DNA of 64,000 nt from Alphaproteobacteria bacterium (GCA_045602545.1 JAZSBR010000024.1:20749-84748); one strand, 5' to 3'. Positions 1-9,833 are shown, numbered from the stretch's first letter. The notes: generated from the letters alone by a model not told the origin. A program made the numbers and translations.

Positions 1-1280
1 ATACCAACGCTTCAAAACTTGAAGAATTGGCAAAGGAATATGATATCCAGCCGGTTACCGGTTCAATCTCGCATCCTGATACTCAGGAAAGTGTCGGTAT
101 GAAAAATGCCGATATGCTGATTGCCGTGACCGAAAGTGATGAGGTTAATCTGATTGCCTGTCAGGTTGCCTATACGTTGTTTAATGTTCCGCAAAAAATT
201 GCGCGCGTTGATTCAAAATATTTCTTAAACCCGATGTGGAATACTCTTTATAATGAAAAAAGCCTGCCGGTTGATTTGCTTATTACGCCGGATATTGAAA
301 TCGGGGAATATATTTTAAGGCTTATTTCGCTGGCAGGAAGTTCTTCGGTTTATCCGTTTGAAAACAACAGTTTCAATATCTTTTCGTTTGTAAATAAAAT
401 TACCGATTCTCCGTTTGCCAAGTTTTCGGTTGAGCATATAAACAATAAATTGCACGACCTTAATGCCGAAATTGTGATGATTTTGCGCGGAAATAACCGT
501 ATTATCAACAATTTTAGCGATGCTTTTTTGCAAAAAAACGATATGATTTATGTTGCTTGCAAAACAGACAATAATGCCGATATTATGCATGTTTTCGGGG
601 TTGATCACAATATTTATGAAAATGTTGTGATATTCGGTGCCAATGCAATTTCTCGTTATGTGGCATCGCATTTGGAAAATGAAGACAATGCCATAAACTG
701 CAATATTATTGAGGATGATGTTCAAAAGGCTGAAAAACTGGCTGATGTTCTGAATAATTCCACCATTATTACCGGCGAGATGATGAGTGATGTTATCTTA
801 GACGAGTCCGGTTTTAATAATGCCGATGTCAGTATTGCCATAACCGACAGGGATAAGGATAATCTGCTTATTTCGCTTTTGGCATCAAAAAACAAGGACA
901 CACAGGCACTCTCGCTGGTTAATTCAAAGGATTATAATGTTTTGGCGCGCAATATCAGAAACAACACGATTATTGATCGCTCAAGCGTTACCATTTCCGC
1001 AATTTTAAGGCATTTGCGCAAGGCGCGCATTGATGAGGCTTATGCCTTGGGGCGTGAAATGGGAGAAATCTGGGAAGTAAGACTTGGTGATGACAGCCGA
1101 AACATCGGAAAAACGATAAAAGAACTCGGTTTTCCGACAAGCAGTTCCGTTTTTGCAATTTTGAATAACGATGAAGTTATATTTAAATTTGCGGAACATA
1201 AATTAAGAGCAGAAGATAAGCTGATAATTTATGTCGGAGTTTCCGATATCCGCCGTATTGAAGATATTTTTTATCGCTGA
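1..1280 (+). CDS. trkA: Trk potassium uptake protein TrkA (NAD-binding, RCK domains); 5' end cut by window
   Basis: ORF 27..1280 stays open in frame back to the window edge. ADMLIAVTESDEVNLIACQVAY matches the first TrkA RCK_N region at about residue 60 of full-length TrkA. A second RCK_N/RCK_C half follows (VVIFGANAISRYV...). Confidence 0.85.
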   Translation, partial: TNASKLEELAKEYDIQPVTGSISHPDTQESVGMKNADMLIAVTESDEVNLIACQVAYTLFNVPQKIARVDSKYFLNPMWNTLYNEKSLPVDLLITPDIEIGEYILRLISLAGSSSVYPFENNSFNIFSFVNKITDSPFAKFSVEHINNKLHDLNAEIVMILRGNNRIINNFSDAFLQKNDMIYVACKTDNNADIMHVFGVDHNIYENVVIFGANAISRYVASHLENEDNAINCNIIEDDVQKAEKLADVLNNSTIITGEMMSDVILDESGFNNADVSIAITDRDKDNLLISLLASKNKDTQALSLVNSKDYNVLARNIRNNTIIDRSSVTISAILRHLRKARIDEAYALGREMGEIWEVRLGDDSRNIGKTIKELGFPTSSSVFAILNNDEVIFKFAEHKLRAEDKLIIYVGVSDIRRIEDIFYR

Positions 1281-1288
1281 TATTTTAG

Positions 1289-2698
1289 TTATTGCATAAA
1301 CATTTTTTCATAAAGTTCACTTCTTTTTGCCAGTGTTTCACGCAAAAATTCGTCGGAATATTTTTCGGCTAATGTTTTTTGTTTGCTGAAAACAGAAGTA
1401 CCCATCCCTAAACGATGATTTTTAATGGTGCCGCCCATTGCTTCAACAACACTCGGAAATAAATCTATTTGCGAAAATGTTCTGTTTAAATTTTGCGGTT
1501 TTTCAGAATTGATAAATAAGTTATATATACTGCGTTTTGACGGCATAGGAAAGTCATCTCCCATTCGCAAGTGATCACCTGCAATAACAATAACATTATT
1601 TTCCCAAACGGTGTTTTGTTTAAGCCATTCCAAAAAATCGGCTATTGATAATTCCGTGTTATGAATAACATTATAGTAAACGTTATCAAAATTAGGATAT
1701 TGTCTTATTTTCGGTTCATAGCCGAAGTGTGTGTCTATGGTTTGAATATACAAGAAATAAGGCTTCTTTTGTTCCAATTGCTTTATTTTATCTTTAGCAA
1801 TTTGAAAAATGTCATCGTCACTATATCCCCAAGTTCCGTTTTGTTCATGCTGAGGATAATCTTTTTTAATCGTATCTAAATCGGTTATGTCAAGAAAATC
1901 ATTATCTCTCAAAAAATCTTCCAAGCCGCTGAAATTACCGTCTGTTCCCTGAATGGAAGCTAAGTGGTATCCATTGTCTTTTAAGATTTTGCCAAGGGAA
2001 TAGTATCCATGGAAAAAATGTTGTTCATTTCCGATTTTATTAACAAACCAAGAATATTTTGCCGGCATTCCGGTAAACAATGCTATAACACTTCCTTGTG
2101 TGAAATCGGTCGCAAATCCGTTTTGAAAGTTGCTGAATTGCACATTTTCAGCCTCCATACTTTCCAAGTCGGACAATAAATTTTGCCCGAAAAAGGTTTT
2201 GTTTTTGAAGGTTTCTTCCAGACTTTCCACATGCAAGATAATTAAGTTTTTTTTCTGATTAAAACTAATCTCAGCTTTTCCGGGATCAGCAAAATTTTCA
2301 TCATAAAAAGTTGTGGTTTCGTTAGAAAAAAACTGCTTAGCAGTTCTTATGTCCGTTTTATAAAATAAATATCCGACAGTCAAAAATAGCGATAACGATG
2401 AGATAAACATAGCATAACTTATTTTCTTAAATGGCGACTTTAGTTTTAAGAAATTAAGTTCGGGTAAATAACATACAATCAGAGTATATAATGTCGGCAA
2501 ATAGATACAACGCTCTAAAAACCAACGTATCAAACGTGTATCCGCGCCACGGATAGGTGTGTTAATCAAAAACAAAATTTGCCATAGATTTACATCCTTG
2601 AAAAATTTATTAACATAAGCAAACAGAGAAATTATGAATATAAATAGAAAAACTGCCGGAAAAGCACGAAGTCTGTATAAGTGTAGTTTTTTTAACAT
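1289..2698 (-). CDS. Sulfatase / alkaline-phosphatase superfamily membrane protein (LtaS/OpgB-like phosphoglycerol transferase family)
   Basis: The N-terminus has about 4 hydrophobic helices. The catalytic domain carries LIILHVESLE, IDTHFGYEP and VIAGDHLRMGD, which are typical of membrane-anchored sulfatase-fold transferases. Confidence 0.6.
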   Translation of the reverse strand: MLKKLHLYRLRAFPAVFLFIFIISLFAYVNKFFKDVNLWQILFLINTPIRGADTRLIRWFLERCIYLPTLYTLIVCYLPELNFLKLKSPFKKISYAMFISSLSLFLTVGYLFYKTDIRTAKQFFSNETTTFYDENFADPGKAEISFNQKKNLIILHVESLEETFKNKTFFGQNLLSDLESMEAENVQFSNFQNGFATDFTQGSVIALFTGMPAKYSWFVNKIGNEQHFFHGYYSLGKILKDNGYHLASIQGTDGNFSGLEDFLRDNDFLDITDLDTIKKDYPQHEQNGTWGYSDDDIFQIAKDKIKQLEQKKPYFLYIQTIDTHFGYEPKIRQYPNFDNVYYNVIHNTELSIADFLEWLKQNTVWENNVIVIAGDHLRMGDDFPMPSKRSIYNLFINSEKPQNLNRTFSQIDLFPSVVEAMGGTIKNHRLGMGTSVFSKQKTLAEKYSDEFLRETLAKRSELYEKMFMQ

Positions 2699-2910
2699 TG
2701 TTTGTAGTTCGTAAATATATCGGTTAAGTTCTTAAGACAAATAAAGGAGTTGTGTGTCCTCTGTATTTTCATTTTCATTGCTATAACAAAATAAATACTT
2801 AGTCAAACTTATTTTTACATAATTTTTAGTATAAGTATATTTGTAACTAAATAAAATCAATATATTGTCCTGATTTAAACAGTGTGTATAAATTTTTCGG
2901 GAAACAATAA

Positions 2911-2947
2911 AAAACGAACCCGCTGACCATGTCGGAGGGTTCGTTTT
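2911..2947 (-). terminator. Intrinsic terminator downstream of recA
   Basis: On the minus strand AAAACGAACCC pairs with GGGTTCGTTTT and is followed by a T-run. It lies about 30 nt after the recA stop. Confidence 0.6.
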
Positions 2948-2977
2948 CAATTTTGTAAAAACTCAAACGAGAAAAGT

Positions 2978-4006
2978 TTAATCCTCATCCATCGGAGTTT
3001 CTTCGTCACCGATCATTTCGGTTGTTAAGTGACCGGCATCGGCGCGGATTTTGTTTTCAATTTCATCGGCAATTGCCGGATTTTCTTTCAAAAACTTCTT
3101 GGCATTTTCACGTCCTTGACCGATTTTTTCACCATTATATGAGAACCAAGCACCAGCTTTTTCAACAATGCCGGACTTAACGCCCAAATCAATCAATTCA
3201 CCGGTTTTGGAAATGCCTTCGCCATACATAATGTCAAAATCAACCGTTTTGAACGGAGGAGCAACCTTGTTCTTAACAATTTTAACGCGAGTTTGCGAGC
3301 CGATTATATCGTCTTTATCCTTAATAGCGCCGATACGGCGAATATCAATACGTACCGAAGCATAAAACTTCAGGGCATTACCGCCGGTTGTGGTTTCCGG
3401 ATTGCCGAACATAACACCGATTTTCATTCTGATTTGGTTAATGAAAATAATCAAAGTGTTTGAGCGAGCAACGGTGGCAGTCAACTTGCGCAAAGCCTGA
3501 CTCATAAGGCGAGCTTGCAAACCCATGTGCGAATCGCCCATTTCACCTTCCAATTCAGCCTTTGGAACGAGTGCGGCAACCGAATCGATTACCAAAACAT
3601 CAATCGCGCCGGAACGCACCAATGTATCGGCAATTTCCAATGCCTGTTCGCCGGAATCCGGTTGAGATACCAACAAATCTTCAACATTTACGCCGATTTT
3701 TTTGGCATAAGACGGGTCAAGCGCATGCTCGGCATCAACAAAGGCGCAAGTGCCTCCTTTTTTCTGGCATTGAGCAATAACGCTCAAGGCGAGGGTGGTT
3801 TTTCCCGAACTTTCCGGACCGTAAATCTCAATGATACGGCCCTTCGGCATACCGCCGATTCCGAGCGCAATATCAATTCCGATAGAGCCGGTAGAAATTG
3901 CCTCAATATCAACATTAGGGTTTTGGCCTAAGCGCATAATCGAGCCTTTGCCGAAAGCGCGTTCAATTTGGCTCAACGCCGCGTCAAGTGCTTTATCTTT
4001 TTCCAT
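2978..4006 (-). CDS. recA: Recombinase RecA
   Basis: Full-length match to RecA: Walker [38 protein letters not shown]. Confidence 0.98.
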   Translation of the reverse strand: MEKDKALDAALSQIERAFGKGSIMRLGQNPNVDIEAISTGSIGIDIALGIGGMPKGRIIEIYGPESSGKTTLALSVIAQCQKKGGTCAFVDAEHALDPSYAKKIGVNVEDLLVSQPDSGEQALEIADTLVRSGAIDVLVIDSVAALVPKAELEGEMGDSHMGLQARLMSQALRKLTATVARSNTLIIFINQIRMKIGVMFGNPETTTGGNALKFYASVRIDIRRIGAIKDKDDIIGSQTRVKIVKNKVAPPFKTVDFDIMYGEGISKTGELIDLGVKSGIVEKAGAWFSYNGEKIGQGRENAKKFLKENPAIADEIENKIRADAGHLTTEMIGDEETPMDED

Positions 4007-4106
4007 TTTTCAAAAGTCCTCATTTAAAAATTGTTCTGTTACATTTATTATGTATTTTTCTTTAAATTACAAACATAACCTTGATTTTATCCGCCGAAAT
4101 GATAGT

Positions 4107-4121
4107 GTTCTATTTTTGTTC
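4107..4121 (-). promoter_or_regulatory. Candidate alphaproteobacterial-type LexA (SOS) box GTTC-N7-GTTC upstream of recA
   Basis: The sequence GTTCTATTTTTGTTC sits about 100 nt upstream of the recA ATG. A GTTC-N7-GTTC / GAAC-N7-GAAC direct repeat is the described LexA operator in Rhodobacter and Rhizobium-type alphaproteobacteria. Confidence 0.45.
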
Positions 4122-4175
4122 TTAAGTCAAGGACTTTTTGAAAAATTGTGAATAAATCTAAAATACCATACATTT

Positions 4176-5327
4176 TTAGAAAAACACACTGAAACGCAAG
4201 GTTGAGGCAAAACCATAATCAGAGTTTTGATTAAGTGCCGGATTGATATACATCTGAATATCAGGCGTTATGGTTGCCCATTTGCCGACACCCCATGCCC
4301 AATATGCTTCAACAACCTGTTCGGCTTTGTGAAAAATTTTTGAGCCGACTGCTGATTCATCAATGTGATTATAGGCATAAGCAAGTCCGATTTGATCAAG
4401 CGTGTTTCTATCCAAAGGGTTGTTATAAACCGCACCGATTGTATATGATTGGTCAATCGTTGCCACGCTTCCTGAAACTCCGCTTAATGAGCCGAAAAGG
4501 GCAAATTTTTCATTTATGGCTTGTTGCAAATTAACCGACCAACCGTTTGTTGTTTCTTTTTGTTCGCTTACTGACGGCTGATTATAGACCATAACGGCAT
4601 ATTGTCCTTGTCCTAAGCCTTTGATGGTCGGATTATATGAAATTGAGCCGAATGTTGTGTAATGTCCGTCATTAAGCGAATTTACACGCACACTTGATGC
4701 ATCAATATTGCTGGCATCTTGCGCACCGAAAGAAAACACCCAATCTTGAGGCGCTATTTGGGCATAGGCACCGACACCTGCTGTGGTATAAGTTGCGGTG
4801 GCGTTTTGGGAAAGCGCATAGTTGATAAAGGTTGCCTGCTGATTTGAGTTATATGATCCGCCATTAAAATTATAAAGCGAATATTGACCCAAGCCGAAAG
4901 TCAACCAGTTATAGTTGTTTGGCAATTGATAAGTATAATAAAGTTCGGCAAATTCCTGACTTTTGTTCGGAAAATCATTTATGGAAGTAACAAAGCCGGA
5001 ATTGTTTGCCAAATCATCGGCATTATGATGTCCGTAATAAACGCTGTCATAGGCAAAATTGAGCGTTCCGGTACCATAATGATTGTTAAAAGTTGTCCAA
5101 GATATATCAGGATATAAGTATGATTGAACGGCGTTGTGCTTTCCGCTCGGAGCCGTGCGTTGAAACATAACCGAATAATCAAGCTGATAGCTGATATTAT
5201 ATTCATCTTGCAATTTTTGTTTGAAGGCCGAATAATCATCGCTTAATTTTTGATAAGCATCGGCAGAGGCAAAAGCATTTGTGCTTGCAAAAACGGCACA
5301 TACTGAGCATAAGAGGTATTTTTTCAT
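4176..5327 (-). CDS. Outer-membrane carbohydrate-selective porin, OprB-family-like
   Basis: I place the start at the internal ATG at 5327 (MKKYLLCSVCAVFASTNAFA signal peptide, GGAG 8 nt upstream). The sequence has a beta-strand-rich pattern. The C-terminus TPDIQMYINPALN...LRFSVFF resembles the OprB family and ends in Phe. Confidence 0.6.
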   Translation of the reverse strand: MKKYLLCSVCAVFASTNAFASADAYQKLSDDYSAFKQKLQDEYNISYQLDYSVMFQRTAPSGKHNAVQSYLYPDISWTTFNNHYGTGTLNFAYDSVYYGHHNADDLANNSGFVTSINDFPNKSQEFAELYYTYQLPNNYNWLTFGLGQYSLYNFNGGSYNSNQQATFINYALSQNATATYTTAGVGAYAQIAPQDWVFSFGAQDASNIDASSVRVNSLNDGHYTTFGSISYNPTIKGLGQGQYAVMVYNQPSVSEQKETTNGWSVNLQQAINEKFALFGSLSGVSGSVATIDQSYTIGAVYNNPLDRNTLDQIGLAYAYNHIDESAVGSKIFHKAEQVVEAYWAWGVGKWATITPDIQMYINPALNQNSDYGFASTLRFSVFF

Positions 5328-5716
5328 TTTTATTTTCTCCTTAAATTTTTTATCACGATAAAGCGGATATATGCATGATTGGAGAAAAATAAAGGGGGTA
5401 GGGCAAAAATATGAAACAATCGTCTTTTTTGCTTTACAAAATGGATTTTTTTTTGAGAGGGTAAAGGCAGAGCATAAAAGGCTCGGAGGTGTCGAAACCT
5501 CGTCTAATGGAGCTTGGTTGACAAGCAAAATTCCCGACTTTACGGTCGGAAGGCAATGATTATCGGTTCGCTTAACGCGCCCGATAATGACAGTTTTGAT
5601 GATTCTAAGCTACGCTCCTCATTATGACGCTGATAAGTTTCTCTTCTTTATTATTTTTTAACTTGCGGGGAAATATAATCAGCCTCAAAATTACAATATT
5701 TATCTGAGGTAAAAAT

Positions 5717-6805
5717 ATGACTGTTTTAACTCGTCCGGTTATGGAAATAAATCTGGAAAATCTGGTAAAAAATTATCAAAAATTGGCAAAAATTATTGCG
5801 CCAGCAACACCTTCTGCCGTTGTGAAAGACGATGCTTACGGGATAGGCGCTCAGATGATAGCTCAAACGCTTTATCAAAGAGCAGGTTGTCGCAATTTTT
5901 GGGTTGCTCACGCTGTTGAAGGAGCTTTGATTGCACCGCTTGTGCCTGACGCCAAAATTTATGTTTTGCAAGGAATCGGCGAAGATAGTTTTGATTTGTT
6001 TGAAAAACATCATCTGATACCTGTTATCAGCTCTCCTGAAATGCTTGAGTTTTGGAAAAAACGCAAAATTTCCGGTATTAAACCGGTGATTCATGTTGAA
6101 ACAGGACTTAATCGCTTGGGTTTTCGAGTTGAAGATTTGGAAAAGCTCTCTAAAGAACAAATAAATGAGTTTTCGCTTGTGATGAGCCATTTGGCTTGTG
6201 CAGACCAAAAAGACCACTTTATGAATGCTCATCAATCGGAAAATTTTAAGGCTGTAAGAGAAAGATTTTTTCCAAAACTTCCGGCAAGTTTATCTGCTTC
6301 CGACGGTGCATTTTTAGGCACGGATTTTTGTTGTGATATGGTGCGCTTAGGTGCGGCTATGTATGGCATAAATACTGCGCCTTATCGCTTAAATCAAATG
6401 CATAATATCATAACTTTTAAGGCTCCGGTTTTGCAAATTAAAGACCTTCCGAAAGGTGAGTTTGTGGGATATTCGGCAACATATCGCGCCGGCACGGATA
6501 AAAAAATCGCCATAGTTTCAGCCGGTTATGGTGACGGCTTGCCTCGCTCGCTTTCAAATGTCGGTAAAGTATTTTTCAATATTTGCGGTTGTATAAAAGA
6601 AGCTCGCATAATCGGGCGAGTTTCAATGGATAACATAATCTGTGATGTCAGTAATGTTGATAATTTGGCGGTCGGGGATTTCGGTTATTTTATCTGCGAT
6701 GAATATACTCTTGATGATATCGCCGTTGACGCCGGAACAATCAGCTATGAAATATTGTCACGAATCGGTAAAAATCCGCGTATAGATAAAAAATTTGTTG
6801 ACTGA
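5717..6805 (+). CDS. alr: Alanine racemase
   Basis: It carries the PLP-lysine motif AVVKDDAYGIGA. The C-terminal beta domain has VGYSATY and GRVSMDNI. Confidence 0.9.
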   Translation: MTVLTRPVMEINLENLVKNYQKLAKIIAPATPSAVVKDDAYGIGAQMIAQTLYQRAGCRNFWVAHAVEGALIAPLVPDAKIYVLQGIGEDSFDLFEKHHLIPVISSPEMLEFWKKRKISGIKPVIHVETGLNRLGFRVEDLEKLSKEQINEFSLVMSHLACADQKDHFMNAHQSENFKAVRERFFPKLPASLSASDGAFLGTDFCCDMVRLGAAMYGINTAPYRLNQMHNIITFKAPVLQIKDLPKGEFVGYSATYRAGTDKKIAIVSAGYGDGLPRSLSNVGKVFFNICGCIKEARIIGRVSMDNIICDVSNVDNLAVGDFGYFICDEYTLDDIAVDAGTISYEILSRIGKNPRIDKKFVD

Positions 6806-6857
6806 TTTATAAATTGCATTTACCATATAAAACAATGAAAATCCGGAGGGCTTGAAA

Positions 6858-7838
6858 ATGGGAAGAATCAACGAACACTACTATTCCGATTATTATATTA
6901 CACCTGATAAACAGTTGTTTGTGCCTGATCCGCAAACGGAAGCGGGTTTAATACCATATGACGCTGAAGATTTTGAAGAATTTTATCATCTTTTGGAAAA
7001 CACATACAGCGGGCGTTCAAGCTATTCGGTGATTTATGAAGGGTATTTTTTCCGTGTTGAACGCACCGTTTCAATGTATGGTGTGATGTATTGTATGCGT
7101 AAAATGCCGAAAAAAGTTCCGGAATTGACAGAGCTCGGATACAATAAAAATCTGGTTGAATATCTTGCCGGATTAGGCTCTTCGTCAGGTTTAATCCTTT
7201 GGGGCGGGGCAACCGGCTCGGGAAAAACCACATCAATTTCAAGCTTGCTCAGAGAATATTTAATTAGAAACGGCGGTTTTGCCTACACTATTGAAGACCC
7301 GTTTGAAATGCCTTTGGATGGTGAATATAAGGCGCAAAACGGTTCATGGGGAATGTGCAAACAAACACAGCCTGTTAATGATGATTGGGGGGCTTCTTTG
7401 CGCTCGGCTCTGCGTTCGCGTCCGCGCTATATTCTGGTGGGCGAGATCAGAACTCCGGAAGCGGCAAGCGAATGTTTGCGCGCAGCAACTTCGGGCCACT
7501 TGGTTTTATCAACTATTCACGCCAATAATGTTGCTGATGCCATTGATGCCATTGTTAAGCATGCTTCAGCTGCCGAAATGAGTGAAGATCTGGCATACGA
7601 CTTATTATCGCGCGGATTGCTTGGAATTATTCATCAAAATTTGGTGGGCGTGAATGCCTGCCGTCGTCCGGTTGTGCAGTATATGTTCGCCAATCCCGAT
7701 ACCACTCAGGGTGACCAAACACGTAGTATCATTAAAAGCGGTAAAATCAATGTTGCCACTACAATTGAAATGCAAATGCTTCGCTTAACGCAAGGTCGTC
7801 CGCTGTTTGAGAAAAAAATCAGCGATAAAGTTATTTAA
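6858..7838 (+). CDS. PilT/GspE-family (T2SS/T4P) secretion ATPase, orphan
   Basis: It carries Walker A GGATGSGKTT, Walker B/Asp box YILVGEIRTPEAA and His box SGHLVLSTIHANN. Its length is about that of PilT. I chose the ATG at 6858, which has GGAGG 8 nt upstream, over the TTG at 6852. Confidence 0.75.
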   Translation: MGRINEHYYSDYYITPDKQLFVPDPQTEAGLIPYDAEDFEEFYHLLENTYSGRSSYSVIYEGYFFRVERTVSMYGVMYCMRKMPKKVPELTELGYNKNLVEYLAGLGSSSGLILWGGATGSGKTTSISSLLREYLIRNGGFAYTIEDPFEMPLDGEYKAQNGSWGMCKQTQPVNDDWGASLRSALRSRPRYILVGEIRTPEAASECLRAATSGHLVLSTIHANNVADAIDAIVKHASAAEMSEDLAYDLLSRGLLGIIHQNLVGVNACRRPVVQYMFANPDTTQGDQTRSIIKSGKINVATTIEMQMLRLTQGRPLFEKKISDKVI

Positions 7839-7844
7839 AAGCCT

Positions 7845-9734
7845 TTATTTCTCAATCGACTTTTTCAAAGATTTACCACCTATACCATTATTGATATAAG
7901 GCGGAACTTTTATTATCGGCTTGGTTGAATTATCGGAAAAATAGAAACCGGATTTTCCATTTTCACCAAGTGAAAGCAAGTCTTTGTATTCACCGCTTTT
8001 TTCATCTTTTGTTTGCAAAACGGGGGCTTGAATTTCAAGCACTTCACCGCTGTTGAAGCGATTTCGCAAAACATTGAAGTTAGAGAGCGAATAACTGCCT
8101 TTATCGTCTTTGATTAAAAATTCTCCTGCCGTGTCAAACATATGAGTTGTTATATGCCCGTCATAGTTCCACGGATTTGCTTTTGCGGTTTTAACTAAAA
8201 GATTGTTATTATTGAGTTCCGGTTCAACAAAGGCATTATATTTTAAGGCAAGATAGTGATGAGTGCTTGCATCGGCAGGCTTATTGATGCCTTGTTCTCT
8301 CAAAAAAGAATTAAATTCTTTATCTTCTTTGATATATTGCGCACTATGCTTTAATTCTTCAAAATTCTGACGATCAATCTTGCTTTGTTCGGCAAAATCG
8401 GCGATTTCGGCTGAAGGAGCTTTCACAACCGGAAGAGATTTTAAATCAATATTGATATCCATCTCATTTAAAATGGTATTCATATTTTGGAATTTTTGCG
8501 CGCTTTGACTATAATTTACGGCTTCATTAAAGATACCTCTGGCGATGATTTCGGCGCATAATTCGTTATCCAAAGCAGGTTTGGCTGAATTTTTTATTTG
8601 GGAAAACAATTTTGTTACCAAATTGCGCACATCGGCTTTATTGTTCAAATCTTTTTGTAAAGCTTCGGTAAACAAATCTCTCTTTGACGCAATAAAGTTA
8701 TTTTCCATCATTTCATAGCGAGAAAAACGGCGCGATTTATCTTCCTTATCTTTTACAAAATCAACCCAAGTTTCTTTGCGCTGAATCAAAATAACAAATC
8801 TTCTTTGCACGGTATGAGTGAAATCATCAATTCCGCGGTCTTTCAGCATTTTCTGCAATTTTTCCGGATTGTGTAATATGGCGATTTTATCAGGTGTTTC
8901 ATTTATATAATCGGAAATTTCTTTATATTTTTTAAGTCGCACTGTATGCAACTTATAAGCATTTTTAAGGCTTTGTTGGTCTTCAAGTGTTAATGTGTTC
9001 AAAAATTCAAGCATATCTTTCTGACGTTTTGTCAGTTCTACATTCGGCTGAAGCCCTATAAATTTGCGATATTCGGAAGGAGTATATTTTTTCCCCAAGT
9101 TTTCAGGTTTGCTTGTTTCTTGAAAAACATAACCTGCATCCCCGCAATCTTCAAGAAGTTTAAGGCTTTTAGGCATAATACCGCTCTTTTTGCCGGTTTT
9201 TCGGCTGGTGTTGTACCAATTCAAAGGTGATAGCAATTTGCCTTTATAAGGCAAAAATTTTATGGTAAGCGGTTGCTTTTTACCTTTTATTTCAATAATA
9301 AGCTGATTATCAGCAAATTTAGCGGCAGTAATTTCGGCGTTTTCAAGTCCTTTAAAATCTTCTTTATTTCTATTATTTGCCAGAAAAGCTATTTCCTCGC
9401 TGATTTGTTTACAAAGAGCAGACATTTCGGAATTTTGAGTTTTGCTCTTGTTTGCACTGCTACGACGAACCCTGTCTTCTTTGTCGGAAGTTGTTTTGAA
9501 TTTATAAAAATTAAAATCATCTACGTCAAGCTTTTTTTCAATACACTCCTGAATAGCTTCGTTTATTTTTGTGCGCAATGACTCATCATTTAATAAAGCA
9601 TTATAGGTTTCCAAAACCTTATTGCAAGCATCTTGATTATCTTGATTTTGACAGAATAATTGCATATTTTTTCTCAAATCATGCAAAGCCGATAAGTTGT
9701 CAATTTCAGTGTTAATCAATCTTTTTGAACTCAT
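7845..9734 (-). CDS. Hypothetical 629-aa protein with no recognisable domain, K/E/N-rich
   Basis: It is a long uninterrupted ORF convergent with the PilT-like gene. I see no signal peptide, no TM segment and no motif I can assign. Confidence 0.7.
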   Translation of the reverse strand: MSSKRLINTEIDNLSALHDLRKNMQLFCQNQDNQDACNKVLETYNALLNDESLRTKINEAIQECIEKKLDVDDFNFYKFKTTSDKEDRVRRSSANKSKTQNSEMSALCKQISEEIAFLANNRNKEDFKGLENAEITAAKFADNQLIIEIKGKKQPLTIKFLPYKGKLLSPLNWYNTSRKTGKKSGIMPKSLKLLEDCGDAGYVFQETSKPENLGKKYTPSEYRKFIGLQPNVELTKRQKDMLEFLNTLTLEDQQSLKNAYKLHTVRLKKYKEISDYINETPDKIAILHNPEKLQKMLKDRGIDDFTHTVQRRFVILIQRKETWVDFVKDKEDKSRRFSRYEMMENNFIASKRDLFTEALQKDLNNKADVRNLVTKLFSQIKNSAKPALDNELCAEIIARGIFNEAVNYSQSAQKFQNMNTILNEMDINIDLKSLPVVKAPSAEIADFAEQSKIDRQNFEELKHSAQYIKEDKEFNSFLREQGINKPADASTHHYLALKYNAFVEPELNNNNLLVKTAKANPWNYDGHITTHMFDTAGEFLIKDDKGSYSLSNFNVLRNRFNSGEVLEIQAPVLQTKDEKSGEYKDLLSLGENGKSGFYFSDNSTKPIIKVPPYINNGIGGKSLKKSIEK

Positions 9735-9833
9735 TTTAAGCTATCCTTTAGAAGTTAATATATAGACATAATAACACATTTTTTGTAAAAGTGAAGTAAA
9801 AAATGCATTATTTGAAGAATTTTTTTTTAATAC

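Noticed and set aside
2732-2950. A 72-aa minus-strand ORF between the sulfatase-like gene and recA.
   Set aside because: It overlaps the recA terminator hairpin, has AT-rich low-complexity sequence and has no RBS. It is probably non-coding promoter/terminator spacer.
3515-3931. Several 60-140-aa plus-strand ORFs inside recA. Similar nested ORFs lie opposite lptD, eno, dnaK, the 50500 OMP gene and others.
   Set aside because: They are antisense or alternative-frame shadows of strongly supported genes, and none has an RBS or a recognisable motif.
5328-5528. A 67-aa N-terminal extension of the porin ORF (MLVNQAPLDEV...).
   Set aside because: The internal ATG at 5327 has a GGAG RBS and starts a canonical signal peptide. 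The extension has no protein-like features and overlaps the structured intergenic region.
5508-5620. A possible SRP (4.5S) RNA or tmRNA, suggested by a GGAA tetraloop (GUC-GGAA-GGC), GGAGC/GCUCC closing pairs and a UCGAAAC-like motif.
   Set aside because: The near-universal SRP 3' strand GGAAGCAGCC (AGCA loop) is absent, and the helix 8 pairing cannot be drawn. There is no T-arm GGTTCGAnTCC. No tag reading frame ends in a hydrophobic xAA; the best frame ends ...KLRSSL.
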